Of a stretch of DNA of 64,000 nucleotides, positions 44,134 through 52,872 are shown in pieces; position 1 is the stretch's first letter, and the number at the start of each line of letters is the position of its first letter. The notes under the pieces were generated by a model. It saw only the letters and a list, made by a program, of their open reading frames with translations, did no database searches and was not told the origin of the DNA. Position numbers and translations under genes: made by a program. The stretch is taken from the IMG/VR virus record IMGVR_UViG_3300028914_000001, positions 29,489 to 93,488 of that record; one strand, written 5' to 3'. The stretch comes from a virus (Duplodnaviria > Heunggongvirae > Uroviricota > Caudoviricetes).

Positions 44134-44874
44134 CTACCATCCGCCATGACTTCCGCCACCGCCGAAACTGCCTCCGCCGAATCCGCTGCTGCCTCCGCCA
44201 CCCTTGCCTCCGCCAAGACATGACAGTATAACGAGAACGGTACTCAACACGGGAATATCAGTGAGCGCCTCGATGATACCAAGTAGGATTAGGACGACGA
44301 TTACTATGGCTACCACGATGGCTACCGTGGTTCCGCTCACCTTCTTTTCATCGGCAGGGGCGAGCTGAGCCGTATCAAGGGTTGCCGTGAGCGTAATCTT
44401 CTTCTCTTCTTGGACCTTCGTGGCAATCATGCTTGCAAGCTTGATGATGCCCTGACCACCCTCTCCACTCTGCAATGCGGGGATAAGGGAGGTCTGCTGC
44501 ATATGTTCCACGAGGACATCAGGCAAATACCCCTCGGAACCGTAACCCACATGTACGCCTCGGTAGTGCGGGTCCATCACGACATAGATGAATACACCCT
44601 CGTTCGAATCCTTGCTGCAGATTGCCCACTTCTGGGCTACACGCAAACTGAATTGAACCGGGTCTTCACCGTCAATCGTCTTGAATGTCGCCACGGCAAG
44701 GCCGAAACGAGCGTTCTTGGCAAGGTCGGACGCAATCGAATTTAATTGGTAGACCTGGTTTGCCGACATGATTCCCGCCCCGTCGTAAACGAACGAGTTG
44801 GTTGGAATCGGTGGGACCTCGATGGCCGAAACCAACGAGACAAGTAGCACTAATATGGCTAGGATTTTCTTCAT
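44134..44874 (-). CDS. TPM-domain (YgcG-like) protein with signal peptide, TM segment and Gly-rich tail
   Basis: Signal peptide, TPM-like core, TM helix, C-terminal GGGSFGGGGSHGGW; canonical LemA partner. Confidence 0.7.
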   Translation of the reverse strand: MKKILAILVLLVSLVSAIEVPPIPTNSFVYDGAGIMSANQVYQLNSIASDLAKNARFGLAVATFKTIDGEDPVQFSLRVAQKWAICSKDSNEGVFIYVVMDPHYRGVHVGYGSEGYLPDVLVEHMQQTSLIPALQSGEGGQGIIKLASMIATKVQEEKKITLTATLDTAQLAPADEKKVSGTTVAIVVAIVIVVLILLGIIEALTDIPVLSTVLVILSCLGGGKGGGGSSGFGGGSFGGGGSHGGW

Positions 44875-44883
44875 GTTTCCCTC

Positions 44884-45597
44884 TTAGCTGTGATAGAATG
44901 TTAGGCTGATGCGTTTTCTGAGAAGGTCTCTCGGCATGTCATGCTTCTTCTCGTACAGGTCTTCTCGCCAATCCTCGGGACCGAAGAAAGTCATAGCACC
45001 TCTAAAGGAGTCACTTGTCAGACAATTACCTGTAATGCCGACGTAATGAGCAAGCTTCGGACAGTTCGGATAATCGCTGTTCTCGTTGAACCGTTTTAGC
45101 ATGTCATCGTATTCATCACGGGGCATGTCAGCAGGGTCATACTCGCAGTTCCGATAATCCTGTGGCTCATTGCCGTCGATGACAACCTTGTCGCCATCCA
45201 CGGTCAGTGCATAGCAACGATAGTCCTTGACCTCGGGAAGACCGAACTCTTTATACACATCATTGATGATGTCAAGGAAATCCTTTCGGTTCCTTTCCAT
45301 GATATCCTGACGCACGACATAGCTAACCTTCCCGTCCTTATCGACCTTTCTATCGATAAGGCAGGAGAATACAGACTGGGCGGCGAGATACTGGATAATC
45401 CTCTTGACATCGTCAGTGTCGCACTTGGAGTTGCTGGACTGCCAGAACGTATCCAGCTCGATTTCAAGCAATCCGTTCTCGTCGGGCAGCGGGAACTCCG
45501 ACTTGTCTCGAAGGGCAGGTTCAGTACCCTGTGGATAAGTGAAGGCGTGTTCAGACGAGGAGTTCGTCTCGAAAACATTCATTCTGATGGTTCTCAT
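44884..45597 (-). CDS. FETNSSS-motif family protein C (237 aa)
   Basis: MRTIRMNVFETNSSSEHAF. Confidence 0.6.
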   Translation of the reverse strand: MRTIRMNVFETNSSSEHAFTYPQGTEPALRDKSEFPLPDENGLLEIELDTFWQSSNSKCDTDDVKRIIQYLAAQSVFSCLIDRKVDKDGKVSYVVRQDIMERNRKDFLDIINDVYKEFGLPEVKDYRCYALTVDGDKVVIDGNEPQDYRNCEYDPADMPRDEYDDMLKRFNENSDYPNCPKLAHYVGITGNCLTSDSFRGAMTFFGPEDWREDLYEKKHDMPRDLLRKRISLTFYHS

Positions 45598-45606
45598 AGA
45601 GTTACC

Positions 45607-46041
45607 CTAATCGTTGTCGTTTCCCATGGAGATTACAGAGCCGCTGAACACAAAGGTGAACAGTTCCTCTGGGTCATCAAGCATGTTGCCAATGCGACGG
45701 CTATCTTCGTCTTGGGCAGGTGCGCTCTGGTGGTCGATGTAACCAGACGGTTCATCATTGAAGTCGAAATCGACGATAACGCCACGCTCTTCGAAGTATT
45801 CCTGGATTGCAGGGAGCTTTTCACGGAGGCCTTCGTGGAAGATATACTTGCCAGCCACGAGAGCATAGTCGAGGTGGTCATCAGGTGTTTCCACATCTGG
45901 GCCATACCAACCATACTCACCGCTGCCAAATACCCTGATGCGGGGATAACGCTTCGGGTCGAACTTTTGTTCAGTGACTATGCAGAACGTATGGGCACTC
46001 GAACTGTTTGTTTCAAAAACAGAATCTCTAATTGTCTTCAT
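45607..46041 (-). CDS. FETNSSS-motif family protein D (144 aa)
   Basis: MKTIRDSVFETNSSSAHTF; AAGGATGGTAAA RBS; ATG at track residue 13. Confidence 0.6.
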   Translation of the reverse strand: MKTIRDSVFETNSSSAHTFCIVTEQKFDPKRYPRIRVFGSGEYGWYGPDVETPDDHLDYALVAGKYIFHEGLREKLPAIQEYFEERGVIVDFDFNDEPSGYIDHQSAPAQDEDSRRIGNMLDDPEELFTFVFSGSVISMGNDND

Positions 46042-46042
46042 T

Positions 46043-46993
46043 TTACCATCCTTGGGTTGTAACCTGAAGCAGGTCATGAATGTTTTCCTTACCCGTGAAC
46101 GAGTAACGCTTGTCCAGAGCTGCGGTGCTCATGCGGGCTACCTGCATGTTCGGAACGTCGATGTACATCGTGGCACAGGTGATGTTCCCGTCAGCATCCT
46201 TCACATCCGTGTCGGAACCCTGGAACAGCGTATTGAAATCCTTGTCAGAGATATTGAGAGCCGTCTTCGGGTCCAACTGTTCTATGCCGAGGCAGTCGAA
46301 CGACATCACCTTAAAGGGAAGAATCGAGCGCATCATCATGAATTTCAGCCAGTTGATATTAGCCTTGATTTCATCACTGTGCTTTTCAAGCATGGCATGA
46401 CCACGACGCAAATCCTTGTAACCAAGGATAAGCACCTTCCTGTCGCTCAATGCAGGGAGGTCCTTCGCAGTCAAGATGCCCGCAATGGTATGGATTACAA
46501 CATTGTCGCCGAGCGTGTCGATGAAGTCGAAGTCTTCCTTGTTGCTGGAATCCGTAAGCGAGATGCCGATACCGTGAACGAGACCGTCGCCCACAATCTT
46601 GCAGATGATGTCCTTGTACGGTTTCAGGTGACGCTGGTTGATTGTGATGTTTGCGATTACACCCTGTTCCTTCAAGCGTTCGAGGAACCAGACGAGGTCA
46701 GGATGGGCCAAGGCGTTGCCACCACCGATAGCGCACTCGGTTCCTGAATGAAGGGTAGCAATCATCGGTTCCAATGCCCTGAGGTCGCCATGCTTGCCAT
46801 TTACCGTAGAGTTTTCATGGCAGTAAACGCATCCACCGTCGCACTGGTCGGTAATCTTGATGTCAAAGTTCTCGGGAAAATCATATGTGAAATGGTCGGC
46901 CATCGGGTCGAGCGTTTCCTTGATTTTGGTGCCATCCGAGTAGATGGTCACCATATGGTTGCCGTTTGTATATGTGTTAAGTATCGTTCGCAT
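46043..46993 (-). CDS. radical SAM enzyme (QueE-like?)
   Basis: CDGGCVYC (CxxxCxxC) cluster at residues 50-57 and GGGNALAHPDL glycine motif. Confidence 0.65.
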   Translation of the reverse strand: MRTILNTYTNGNHMVTIYSDGTKIKETLDPMADHFTYDFPENFDIKITDQCDGGCVYCHENSTVNGKHGDLRALEPMIATLHSGTECAIGGGNALAHPDLVWFLERLKEQGVIANITINQRHLKPYKDIICKIVGDGLVHGIGISLTDSSNKEDFDFIDTLGDNVVIHTIAGILTAKDLPALSDRKVLILGYKDLRRGHAMLEKHSDEIKANINWLKFMMMRSILPFKVMSFDCLGIEQLDPKTALNISDKDFNTLFQGSDTDVKDADGNITCATMYIDVPNMQVARMSTAALDKRYSFTGKENIHDLLQVTTQGW

Positions 46994-46994
46994 C

Positions 46995-47972
46995 TTAGTC
47001 TCGCCAACGGTTTCTCTTCATTTCTTCAATGAATCCTTCGGGGTAGTACAATTCGTTAGACATTCCATTGTACGTTCCCGACATGTGAATGATTTCCGAC
47101 GTAGCCTTGTCGTAAGTCTGGCATGCAACGCAATGTCCGCAACGACCCTTGTATGTCGGGCTATAACAGAAGCTGCACAGTTCGATAGGGAAATGACGGT
47201 AGTTCAAGTTACGGATAATATCCGCCTTTGTCAGGAACTGAAGGGGATAGCTGAACATGATATTCTTCTGCCCAACCACCGTCAACAGATGCTCCTGTGC
47301 GGCAAGGATATTGTGCGACCAGTTCCAGAAGTCGTCACCCTTGTGATATCCGAAGTGGTAGCAGGTCTTATTCCTGCCACACAGAGATACCATCGAGGCC
47401 ATAAAGGGTTGTTGGAAAAGAGACGGTTCCGAACCGTTCCAGTTATCCATATTCCCTTCAAGCTTAATGAAATCTCGTTTAGGTTCATAGTCGTACTTCT
47501 TAGCGAGATATTCGAGAATCTTTTCCTGAGAAGCAACTTCAGACAAATAGTGATGGGATGTGCCAAACTGTTCACACCGGAAGCTGAGCAAGCGTGGCTT
47601 GATACCCTTTTCGAGCAAATCAACGAGAATAAGCGTACTGTCAAGACCACCACTGAATACTACCGCATTGTTGATAATATCTTCAAACTTCTTTGTAATA
47701 GGCTTTACTTCATGGAGCCTATCGAAGACCTTCTCTGCGGCAGATTTGAATTGGTGGGTTTCCTCAGGCGATTCGACATCGCACAAAACTTCTTCGGGAG
47801 CGGCGTCGCACAATTCCGCTTCATCTTTCTTTTCATCCTCAGCGTCCACCTTCAATTCAGCCTTATACGGCTTCTTTTTGGCCACGAGAGCTCGCTTCAA
47901 CAGGGTGCCGTATTTCGGTTTAGACTTTGTTTCTGGACGAATCTTTTCGTTTGATTGTTTCTTTTTAGTCAT
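46995..47972 (-). CDS. queC: QueC-like PP-loop ATPase (7-cyano-7-deazaguanine synthase family) with a Lys-rich N-terminal extension of about 100 aa
   Basis: VVFSGGLDST PP-loop; C-terminal C-x8-C-x2-C-x2-C zinc motif (CYSPTYKGRCGHCVAC) as in QueC. Confidence 0.65.
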   Translation of the reverse strand: MTKKKQSNEKIRPETKSKPKYGTLLKRALVAKKKPYKAELKVDAEDEKKDEAELCDAAPEEVLCDVESPEETHQFKSAAEKVFDRLHEVKPITKKFEDIINNAVVFSGGLDSTLILVDLLEKGIKPRLLSFRCEQFGTSHHYLSEVASQEKILEYLAKKYDYEPKRDFIKLEGNMDNWNGSEPSLFQQPFMASMVSLCGRNKTCYHFGYHKGDDFWNWSHNILAAQEHLLTVVGQKNIMFSYPLQFLTKADIIRNLNYRHFPIELCSFCYSPTYKGRCGHCVACQTYDKATSEIIHMSGTYNGMSNELYYPEGFIEEMKRNRWRD

Positions 47973-48005
47973 GTGATGCCTTTTGTTGAGTTTTGTTTAA
48001 AAAAA

Positions 48006-48034
48006 AATATAGTCTTTTAAATCCTTTTTGTCAA
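48006..48034 (-). promoter_or_regulatory. sigma70-type promoter of the QueC/radical-SAM/FETNSSS operon
   Basis: TTGACA-N17-TATATT. Confidence 0.55.
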
Positions 48035-48053
48035 GCCAAACCACCGAAAGTCA

Positions 48054-48082
48054 TTGACAATTTACAAAATAATAACTATTTT
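48054..48082 (+). promoter_or_regulatory. sigma70-type promoter (divergent)
   Basis: TTGACA-N17-TATTTT. Confidence 0.5.
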
Positions 48083-48119
48083 CTACTCAAACTAAACCAG
48101 ACAACCAAAGGAGTCCACT

Positions 48120-48308
48120 ATGTATACAATTACAATAGACCAGTTCGCACTCATGGCTTATCTGGCAGCAGTCACTATGTTGCTTGTAGTCATGTCGATA
48201 CAGCTTATCAAGATAAAGAAAAAACTGAACTCAATCGAATCAAGTTGGCATTCTTTTATCCTGGGACCACACAAGCGCAAGCACAAATATCCACTGGACC
48301 ATGTATAA
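48120..48308 (+). CDS. small membrane protein (62 aa)
   Basis: CAAAGGAGTCCACT RBS; TM helix. Confidence 0.45.
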   Translation: MYTITIDQFALMAYLAAVTMLLVVMSIQLIKIKKKLNSIESSWHSFILGPHKRKHKYPLDHV

Positions 48309-48311
48309 GAT

Positions 48312-48581
48312 ATGTCTAAGCATTCCGACTTTTACGATGAGATACTAGGCCACAGCGATACCCCAGATACAAGCAGCGAGTACGACCCTTACGACCCGCT
48401 CGGGTTATCTAGCGGACGAACGTCCTGCACAATGCGACCAGTTGCCAGCCCTCTGGCGGAGGAAATGGCCGATGTGTTCATACAGGACTCCAAAGGCAAC
48501 TGGGTGGAGGACAAAGAATCCGAGGAGAAACGGGAGATTCTCATGAGACGCCTCCAGCACATGAACTATTTTAGTGACTAA
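48312..48581 (+). CDS. hypothetical acidic protein (89 aa)
   Basis: Track ORF with an ATG start. Confidence 0.5.
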   Translation: MSKHSDFYDEILGHSDTPDTSSEYDPYDPLGLSSGRTSCTMRPVASPLAEEMADVFIQDSKGNWVEDKESEEKREILMRRLQHMNYFSD

Positions 48582-48586
48582 CCATA

Positions 48587-48620
48587 TAAAAAAGACCGCC
48601 AATTAAGGCGGCCTTTTTAA
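48587..48620. terminator. bidirectional rho-independent terminator
   Basis: AAAAAGACCGCC-aattaa-GGCGGCCTTTTT. Confidence 0.7.
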
Positions 48621-48886
48621 ATCCAAGCCCAATCGTTATCCCAAATGTATTCAATAACTTCTTTTGGAGTGCATAGAATTTCCTGTTCACCATTGCCATC
48701 TATGCAGATATAGTTCTTAGCATCCTCATCGTATATGATTTGACCATCCCCAAATCGAACCACATTACATGCTCGATGAATTGCAATGCCGTATCGCCTA
48801 TATTTGCCTAATACATTCATCAAGGAATCTACACCACGAGCATATCGTGGTGCATTGATTCCATATGTCTTTCTCTGACTACGCAT
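48617..48886 (-). CDS. hypothetical protein (89 aa)
   Basis: Track ORF immediately downstream of glf. Confidence 0.5.
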   Translation of the reverse strand: MRSQRKTYGINAPRYARGVDSLMNVLGKYRRYGIAIHRACNVVRFGDGQIIYDEDAKNYICIDGNGEQEILCTPKEVIEYIWDNDWAWI

Positions 48887-50142
48887 TAGACTAAACCAAA
48901 GATGCAGCCGGGTTCGGCAGGGTGTTCCGTAATCAATCTGTCATCGACCAATGCAGCCTTAATCACGTCGTCCATGTCCATGTACTTGTACAGACCGAGA
49001 CGGCCAGTAGGGACATACTTTTTCGGCAAGTAACCAATTATCTTCTGGTACTTTTCATTCTCGCTTGCAAGAGGATAGTATCGCTCGCACTTGCCACGTT
49101 CGTACTTCACAGGGTACTCATAAGTAACAAGGGTCTTTTGTTCGTCAAGTTGTTCATTGTTGAAGAACTTGTGCTCAATGCTCCTCGTGTACGCTACTTC
49201 TGGCGAAGTGTAGTTCACAACAGCATTTCCCTGCCAGTTGTCAGTAGGAAGCAGCTTCTCTTCAAACTTCAATGAACGCCAGTCAAGCCAGTAATCTTCA
49301 AACCCGTCCTCGTGAACAAGTCCAGCAAACAATTTGCTGTCGTTCATCAAAGAGTTCAACAGGTCTGATACATCACCAGAATAGAACACCTGGTCAAACT
49401 TGTTCTTGCTCATTCCATGTACACTGTGGTTGAATATATCTTCGCAGAAATCTTCACCATAGTGAATAGGATGCCCTTCGAACATGTTCTCAATCCATGT
49501 GGTATATCCTTCCTCGGGAATACCCTGATAGATGTCATTGAAGTAGTTGTTGTCGTAGGTGAACCTAAGCGGCAAACGCTTGATTATCCACGGTTCCAAC
49601 TCTGTGCATGGCTTTCCCCACTGCTTTTCAGTGTAGTGCTTAATCAACTTTTCATACACGGTAGTTCCAACAAGGGAGATTGCCTGTTCTTCAAGGTTCC
49701 TTGGGGATTCAAACGGATGTTCCTCCTTGTACCGTTTGATTTCGGCTTGAATAATACCTTTCACAATGCTAGGAGACACAATATTCACACCAAGATTCCG
49801 TTCGAACAAGCGAACAAATGTATTCATGTTGAACGGGAGATTGTAGGTCTCCGATTCCTTACTAGCCTGATTGTAATACACGGCAATCGGACTGTTCACA
49901 AAGTTGTTGAACTTAGCGAACTTGTTCGCAAACTTCCATACAGCAGGGTCAGACGTATGGAAGATATGTGCGCCATACTTGTGAACGGTGATACCTTCTA
50001 CCTTTTCAGTATAGCAGTTACCGCCAAGGTGTTTACGCTTCTCGATAATCGTGATGTCTGCCGGATTGACACCAAACTCATTAACGAGTCGCTGATAGAT
50101 TACTGCATTGTAAAGGCCCGCACCTACGAACAGATACTTCAT
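48886..50142 (-). CDS. glf: UDP-galactopyranose mutase
   Basis: N-terminal FAD-binding GxGxxG, HKYGAHIFHT, NLEEQAISLVG and YTEKQWG blocks near-identical to E. coli Glf; GGAGG RBS. Confidence 0.95.
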   Translation of the reverse strand: MKYLFVGAGLYNAVIYQRLVNEFGVNPADITIIEKRKHLGGNCYTEKVEGITVHKYGAHIFHTSDPAVWKFANKFAKFNNFVNSPIAVYYNQASKESETYNLPFNMNTFVRLFERNLGVNIVSPSIVKGIIQAEIKRYKEEHPFESPRNLEEQAISLVGTTVYEKLIKHYTEKQWGKPCTELEPWIIKRLPLRFTYDNNYFNDIYQGIPEEGYTTWIENMFEGHPIHYGEDFCEDIFNHSVHGMSKNKFDQVFYSGDVSDLLNSLMNDSKLFAGLVHEDGFEDYWLDWRSLKFEEKLLPTDNWQGNAVVNYTSPEVAYTRSIEHKFFNNEQLDEQKTLVTYEYPVKYERGKCERYYPLASENEKYQKIIGYLPKKYVPTGRLGLYKYMDMDDVIKAALVDDRLITEHPAEPGCIFGLV

Positions 50143-51041
50143 TCTGCGGCCTCCGCATAAAGTATTGTCGGCTGGTCCTTGTGGACGCCCGCACTGAACT
50201 CACCGACCGTCATGTTGAATCCAGTTACGTCAATCTTTTCATTAACCTTTCTGTAATTCTTCTCGATACGGTCGATATCCTCTTCCGTCAAATAAAGATG
50301 GTCAGAGGTTTCTTCAAGCTGTTCCTCGGGTCGAAGGAGTTCATTCAATGTTCTGATATCAACCTTGTTCTGCATAGCCCAGACCAGCACCGCATGCAAC
50401 ATACGATACTCTTCTGTCGGCTTCACAACGGTCGTCTGGTCGATATACTTCGAAGCATTGAACGGACGGACAATCAGGTGAATGCCAGTCCTTGACGGAA
50501 CACGAGCCACAATCATGTCCTTGGGGTCAACCTTCACGTTCATACCAGGCTGCATAATCTCCGCCTCGAACGCCTTTACAATAGGGCTGTCAACCGTGCA
50601 GTCGTCAAGGTCGATAAGCCATGTGGTGGTAGCTCTCGGTTCGGAACTTACCTTTCCACATGCCGTACTCATTGCACGGAACGGGTTGCGTTGCGGGTCA
50701 AGCTGATGATGTTCGAACTGCTTGGTGTCGTTCTCCTTGGCACGGTAGATGAACTCCCGGACATAGTGCCATCCGATGGCCGTGTAGTTACGACGGTTCA
50801 AACGGATATACGCACGGGCGTTGAACTCATGGCAGAGCTTGATGATTTCGTCACGGAGCTCTTCGAGGTGGCCTTCGTGGTTCAAGAGAATCTCTCGAAT
50901 CGTGCGGTCGCCATTGTTATGCTTTCCCTGGACATTGTTTCCATCCTTGGCACGAAGCAAGATTTCAAGGTAGTAGCAGTCGCCGACTCGTTCGAATTTA
51001 AGCAGACTGCTGATTAGTTTAAAGTTGTCTATAATTTTCAT
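50139..51041 (-). CDS. hypothetical protein (300 aa), translationally coupled to glf
   Basis: ATGA overlap with the glf start; GAGGCGAAC RBS. Confidence 0.6.
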   Translation of the reverse strand: MKIIDNFKLISSLLKFERVGDCYYLEILLRAKDGNNVQGKHNNGDRTIREILLNHEGHLEELRDEIIKLCHEFNARAYIRLNRRNYTAIGWHYVREFIYRAKENDTKQFEHHQLDPQRNPFRAMSTACGKVSSEPRATTTWLIDLDDCTVDSPIVKAFEAEIMQPGMNVKVDPKDMIVARVPSRTGIHLIVRPFNASKYIDQTTVVKPTEEYRMLHAVLVWAMQNKVDIRTLNELLRPEEQLEETSDHLYLTEEDIDRIEKNYRKVNEKIDVTGFNMTVGEFSAGVHKDQPTILYAEAAE

Positions 51042-51421
51042 GTTCGCCTCACGTATTCGGTTGATAATGTAAGGTAATGGTCTGTTATGTTATACCCCGT
51101 TATGGGGAGGATGTCACAAATCCTGACCTCCTCGGTATCCCTTCTTATATAAACAAATCTTCTTTGCCCGTTCAGAGGGATGTCATACGGATGTTCATAC
51201 GGGCGTGGCGGAAGCACCAGACGATAGCCGAGAGCAGTATCCGGGTCGCTAACCTGTTCACGAACCCTTGTCGGAACATAGTTCTCGTCGGAAAGGGTTA
51301 TGTATTCAGGTTCAACGACCTCTTCCTCTTCGACAAGAGGATAGTCGTCTTCATAGCCTTCTGGGGCCTCGATGACGACGAACTCGTCATCGTCCGATGA
51401 AACTACCGTTAGTTCCCCCAT
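51038..51421 (-). CDS. hypothetical acidic protein (127 aa)
   Basis: ATGA coupling to the downstream gene. Confidence 0.5.
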   Translation of the reverse strand: MGELTVVSSDDDEFVVIEAPEGYEDDYPLVEEEEVVEPEYITLSDENYVPTRVREQVSDPDTALGYRLVLPPRPYEHPYDIPLNGQRRFVYIRRDTEEVRICDILPITGYNITDHYLTLSTEYVRRT

Positions 51422-51705
51422 GTTCGAATTTCCTGTACCTTCGGTTCACGGGGAGCTGGCACCACCGTACCATCCTTCTCGACCCTGTCGCCCTGTCCAT
51501 ACAGGATGTGGTTGACAAAATCATACCGCACATGGCTGATAGCATGGCGAGGGAAACGGATGGTCAACGTAGTGTCGTTGAACTGGTATGTACCAATGTA
51601 TCCTTCGTCCGTCTTTACACTGGATGTGCGAACACCGTACTGGATATTCGGCTCACCAGCAAAGGCAAGAGCCACTCCCAAAAGGAGTGCTGCAATCGTT
51701 TTCAT
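51409..51705 (-). CDS. secreted or lipoprotein-like small protein (98 aa)
   Basis: Signal peptide MKTIAALLLGVALAFA. Confidence 0.5.
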   Translation of the reverse strand: MKTIAALLLGVALAFAGEPNIQYGVRTSSVKTDEGYIGTYQFNDTTLTIRFPRHAISHVRYDFVNHILYGQGDRVEKDGTVVPAPREPKVQEIRTWGN

Positions 51706-51884
51706 TACGCCCCCTTCTTCTTTGAACGGGATTCCGCCCTTTCCTTGGCCATCTTGGCTAGGCCCTTGTTCAATGCCTTCATGGAACGGTCGATACGACC
51801 AACGCTTGCGGCAGACTTCTTTTCACGGAATGTCTGGGTGGGTGCGAACTTTCCTGCTGTCTTTATATCATAGATGCTTTTCAT
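51705..51884 (-). CDS. small basic protein (about 59 aa), not in the ORF track
   Basis: AAGAGGAAAAT RBS; TAATG overlap with the next gene; follows the promoter at 51911-51939. Confidence 0.4.
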   Translation of the reverse strand: MKSIYDIKTAGKFAPTQTFREKKSAASVGRIDRSMKALNKGLAKMAKERAESRSKKKGA

Positions 51885-51910
51885 ATTTTCCTCTTATTTT
51901 ATCGCCCCAA

Positions 51911-51939
51911 AATATAGTACATTATTAACTACTTGGCAA
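51911..51939 (-). promoter_or_regulatory. sigma70-type promoter
   Basis: TTGCCA-N17-TATATT. Confidence 0.5.
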
Positions 51940-52396
51940 GAGGGGCGTCCATAAAATATAATTTTGTGCGGTCTTCTTTCATTTCATCGAACTGGGTAAA
52001 CAGGATTCGTTTAACCTCGTCTGGAGAGACTTTCCTAATACCTGGCCCGCTCACTTTCTCCATTTCCCCAGGATGACGGTTGCTTCTCCGATAAGTCTGC
52101 ATCGTCCACGGATTGTTTCCATCATGATTGGCGTCCTCGGCAATCTTCATGTACAGTTCCCATCGCAACGGATATGACGTACGGTAGAGCACACGGCCAT
52201 CCACGACCAGCGTGTAGTGGACATTCACCATGTCGTTCATGGGCTCTATACGGACATCCATCACCCGGATAACATGGTCAATCATGCTTGACGCACCTTC
52301 CTTATGCTCAATGTACTCGGCGACCGCATCGACGCCTTGATACTGATTGAAGAGTTCGTTACTCATCTTTCTTATAAATGCTTCATCCATACGCAT
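51929..52396 (-). CDS. hypothetical protein (155 aa)
   Basis: ATG (MRMDEAF...) 3 nt after the upstream stop. Confidence 0.5.
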   Translation of the reverse strand: MRMDEAFIRKMSNELFNQYQGVDAVAEYIEHKEGASSMIDHVIRVMDVRIEPMNDMVNVHYTLVVDGRVLYRTSYPLRWELYMKIAEDANHDGNNPWTMQTYRRSNRHPGEMEKVSGPGIRKVSPDEVKRILFTQFDEMKEDRTKLYFMDAPLAK

Positions 52397-52398
52397 CC

Positions 52399-52860
52399 CT
52401 AATGAATAAAATCGCAACTGTCAACAACGGCTTCCATAATCTTGGCCTTTTCTTCGTCGCTCAGCTTGGGCAAGTCATGATACGCATTGTCGATTTTCCA
52501 TTTGGCCTTCAACATCCAGTAGAAATCCCTCATGCGGTAGTCCATGTCTTCGAGGAGTTCTTTATCCTTTCCATCTTCGAAGAAAGCCAGCATTTCGGAA
52601 TTCAGGCTACCCTTTGAGGCAGTGTATCCTTCCTTCAACTGATTGCACTTCTGGGCGTGAACATACGCATCCTCTCGGTTGAGAAACACGATTTTACCAT
52701 CGACATTTGCGGCAAATCCATCCGTACCCAGATTATACACCCCATACACCTGCAGCAGGTGCTTGAAAGCCTCGCCATGGTCGTGACCATGTCCGAACGG
52801 GCACATTATCGGCTTTCCCGATTGAGTGAACTTGGATAGAGAAACGGCAGCGATAATCAT
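52399..52860 (-). CDS. hypothetical protein with a CxxxHGH motif (weak QueD/PTPS-like hint)
   Basis: CPFGHGHDHGE; TGGAGGAAATA RBS before the ATG at 52860. Confidence 0.45.
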   Translation of the reverse strand: MIIAAVSLSKFTQSGKPIMCPFGHGHDHGEAFKHLLQVYGVYNLGTDGFAANVDGKIVFLNREDAYVHAQKCNQLKEGYTASKGSLNSEMLAFFEDGKDKELLEDMDYRMRDFYWMLKAKWKIDNAYHDLPKLSDEEKAKIMEAVVDSCDFIH

Positions 52861-52872
52861 TATTTCCTCCAA

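Noticed and set aside
37074-46041. FETNSSS motif as a degenerate DnaQ-like ExoI motif (FDTETTG)
   Set aside because: The acidic pair D..E is replaced by E..N, and no ExoII or ExoIII motifs are visible. The resemblance is noted but not used for annotation.
50139-51041. 300-aa glf-coupled protein as a Thg1-like tRNA 5'-nucleotidyltransferase or a KxDG ligase
   Set aside because: The only similarity is a short LLRAKDGNN stretch, and the downstream SDE or ligase motifs are absent.
52410-52440. TGTCAA at 52420 as another minus-strand promoter
   Set aside because: There is no TATATT-like -10 at 16-18 bp; the spacing gives TAGGGA.
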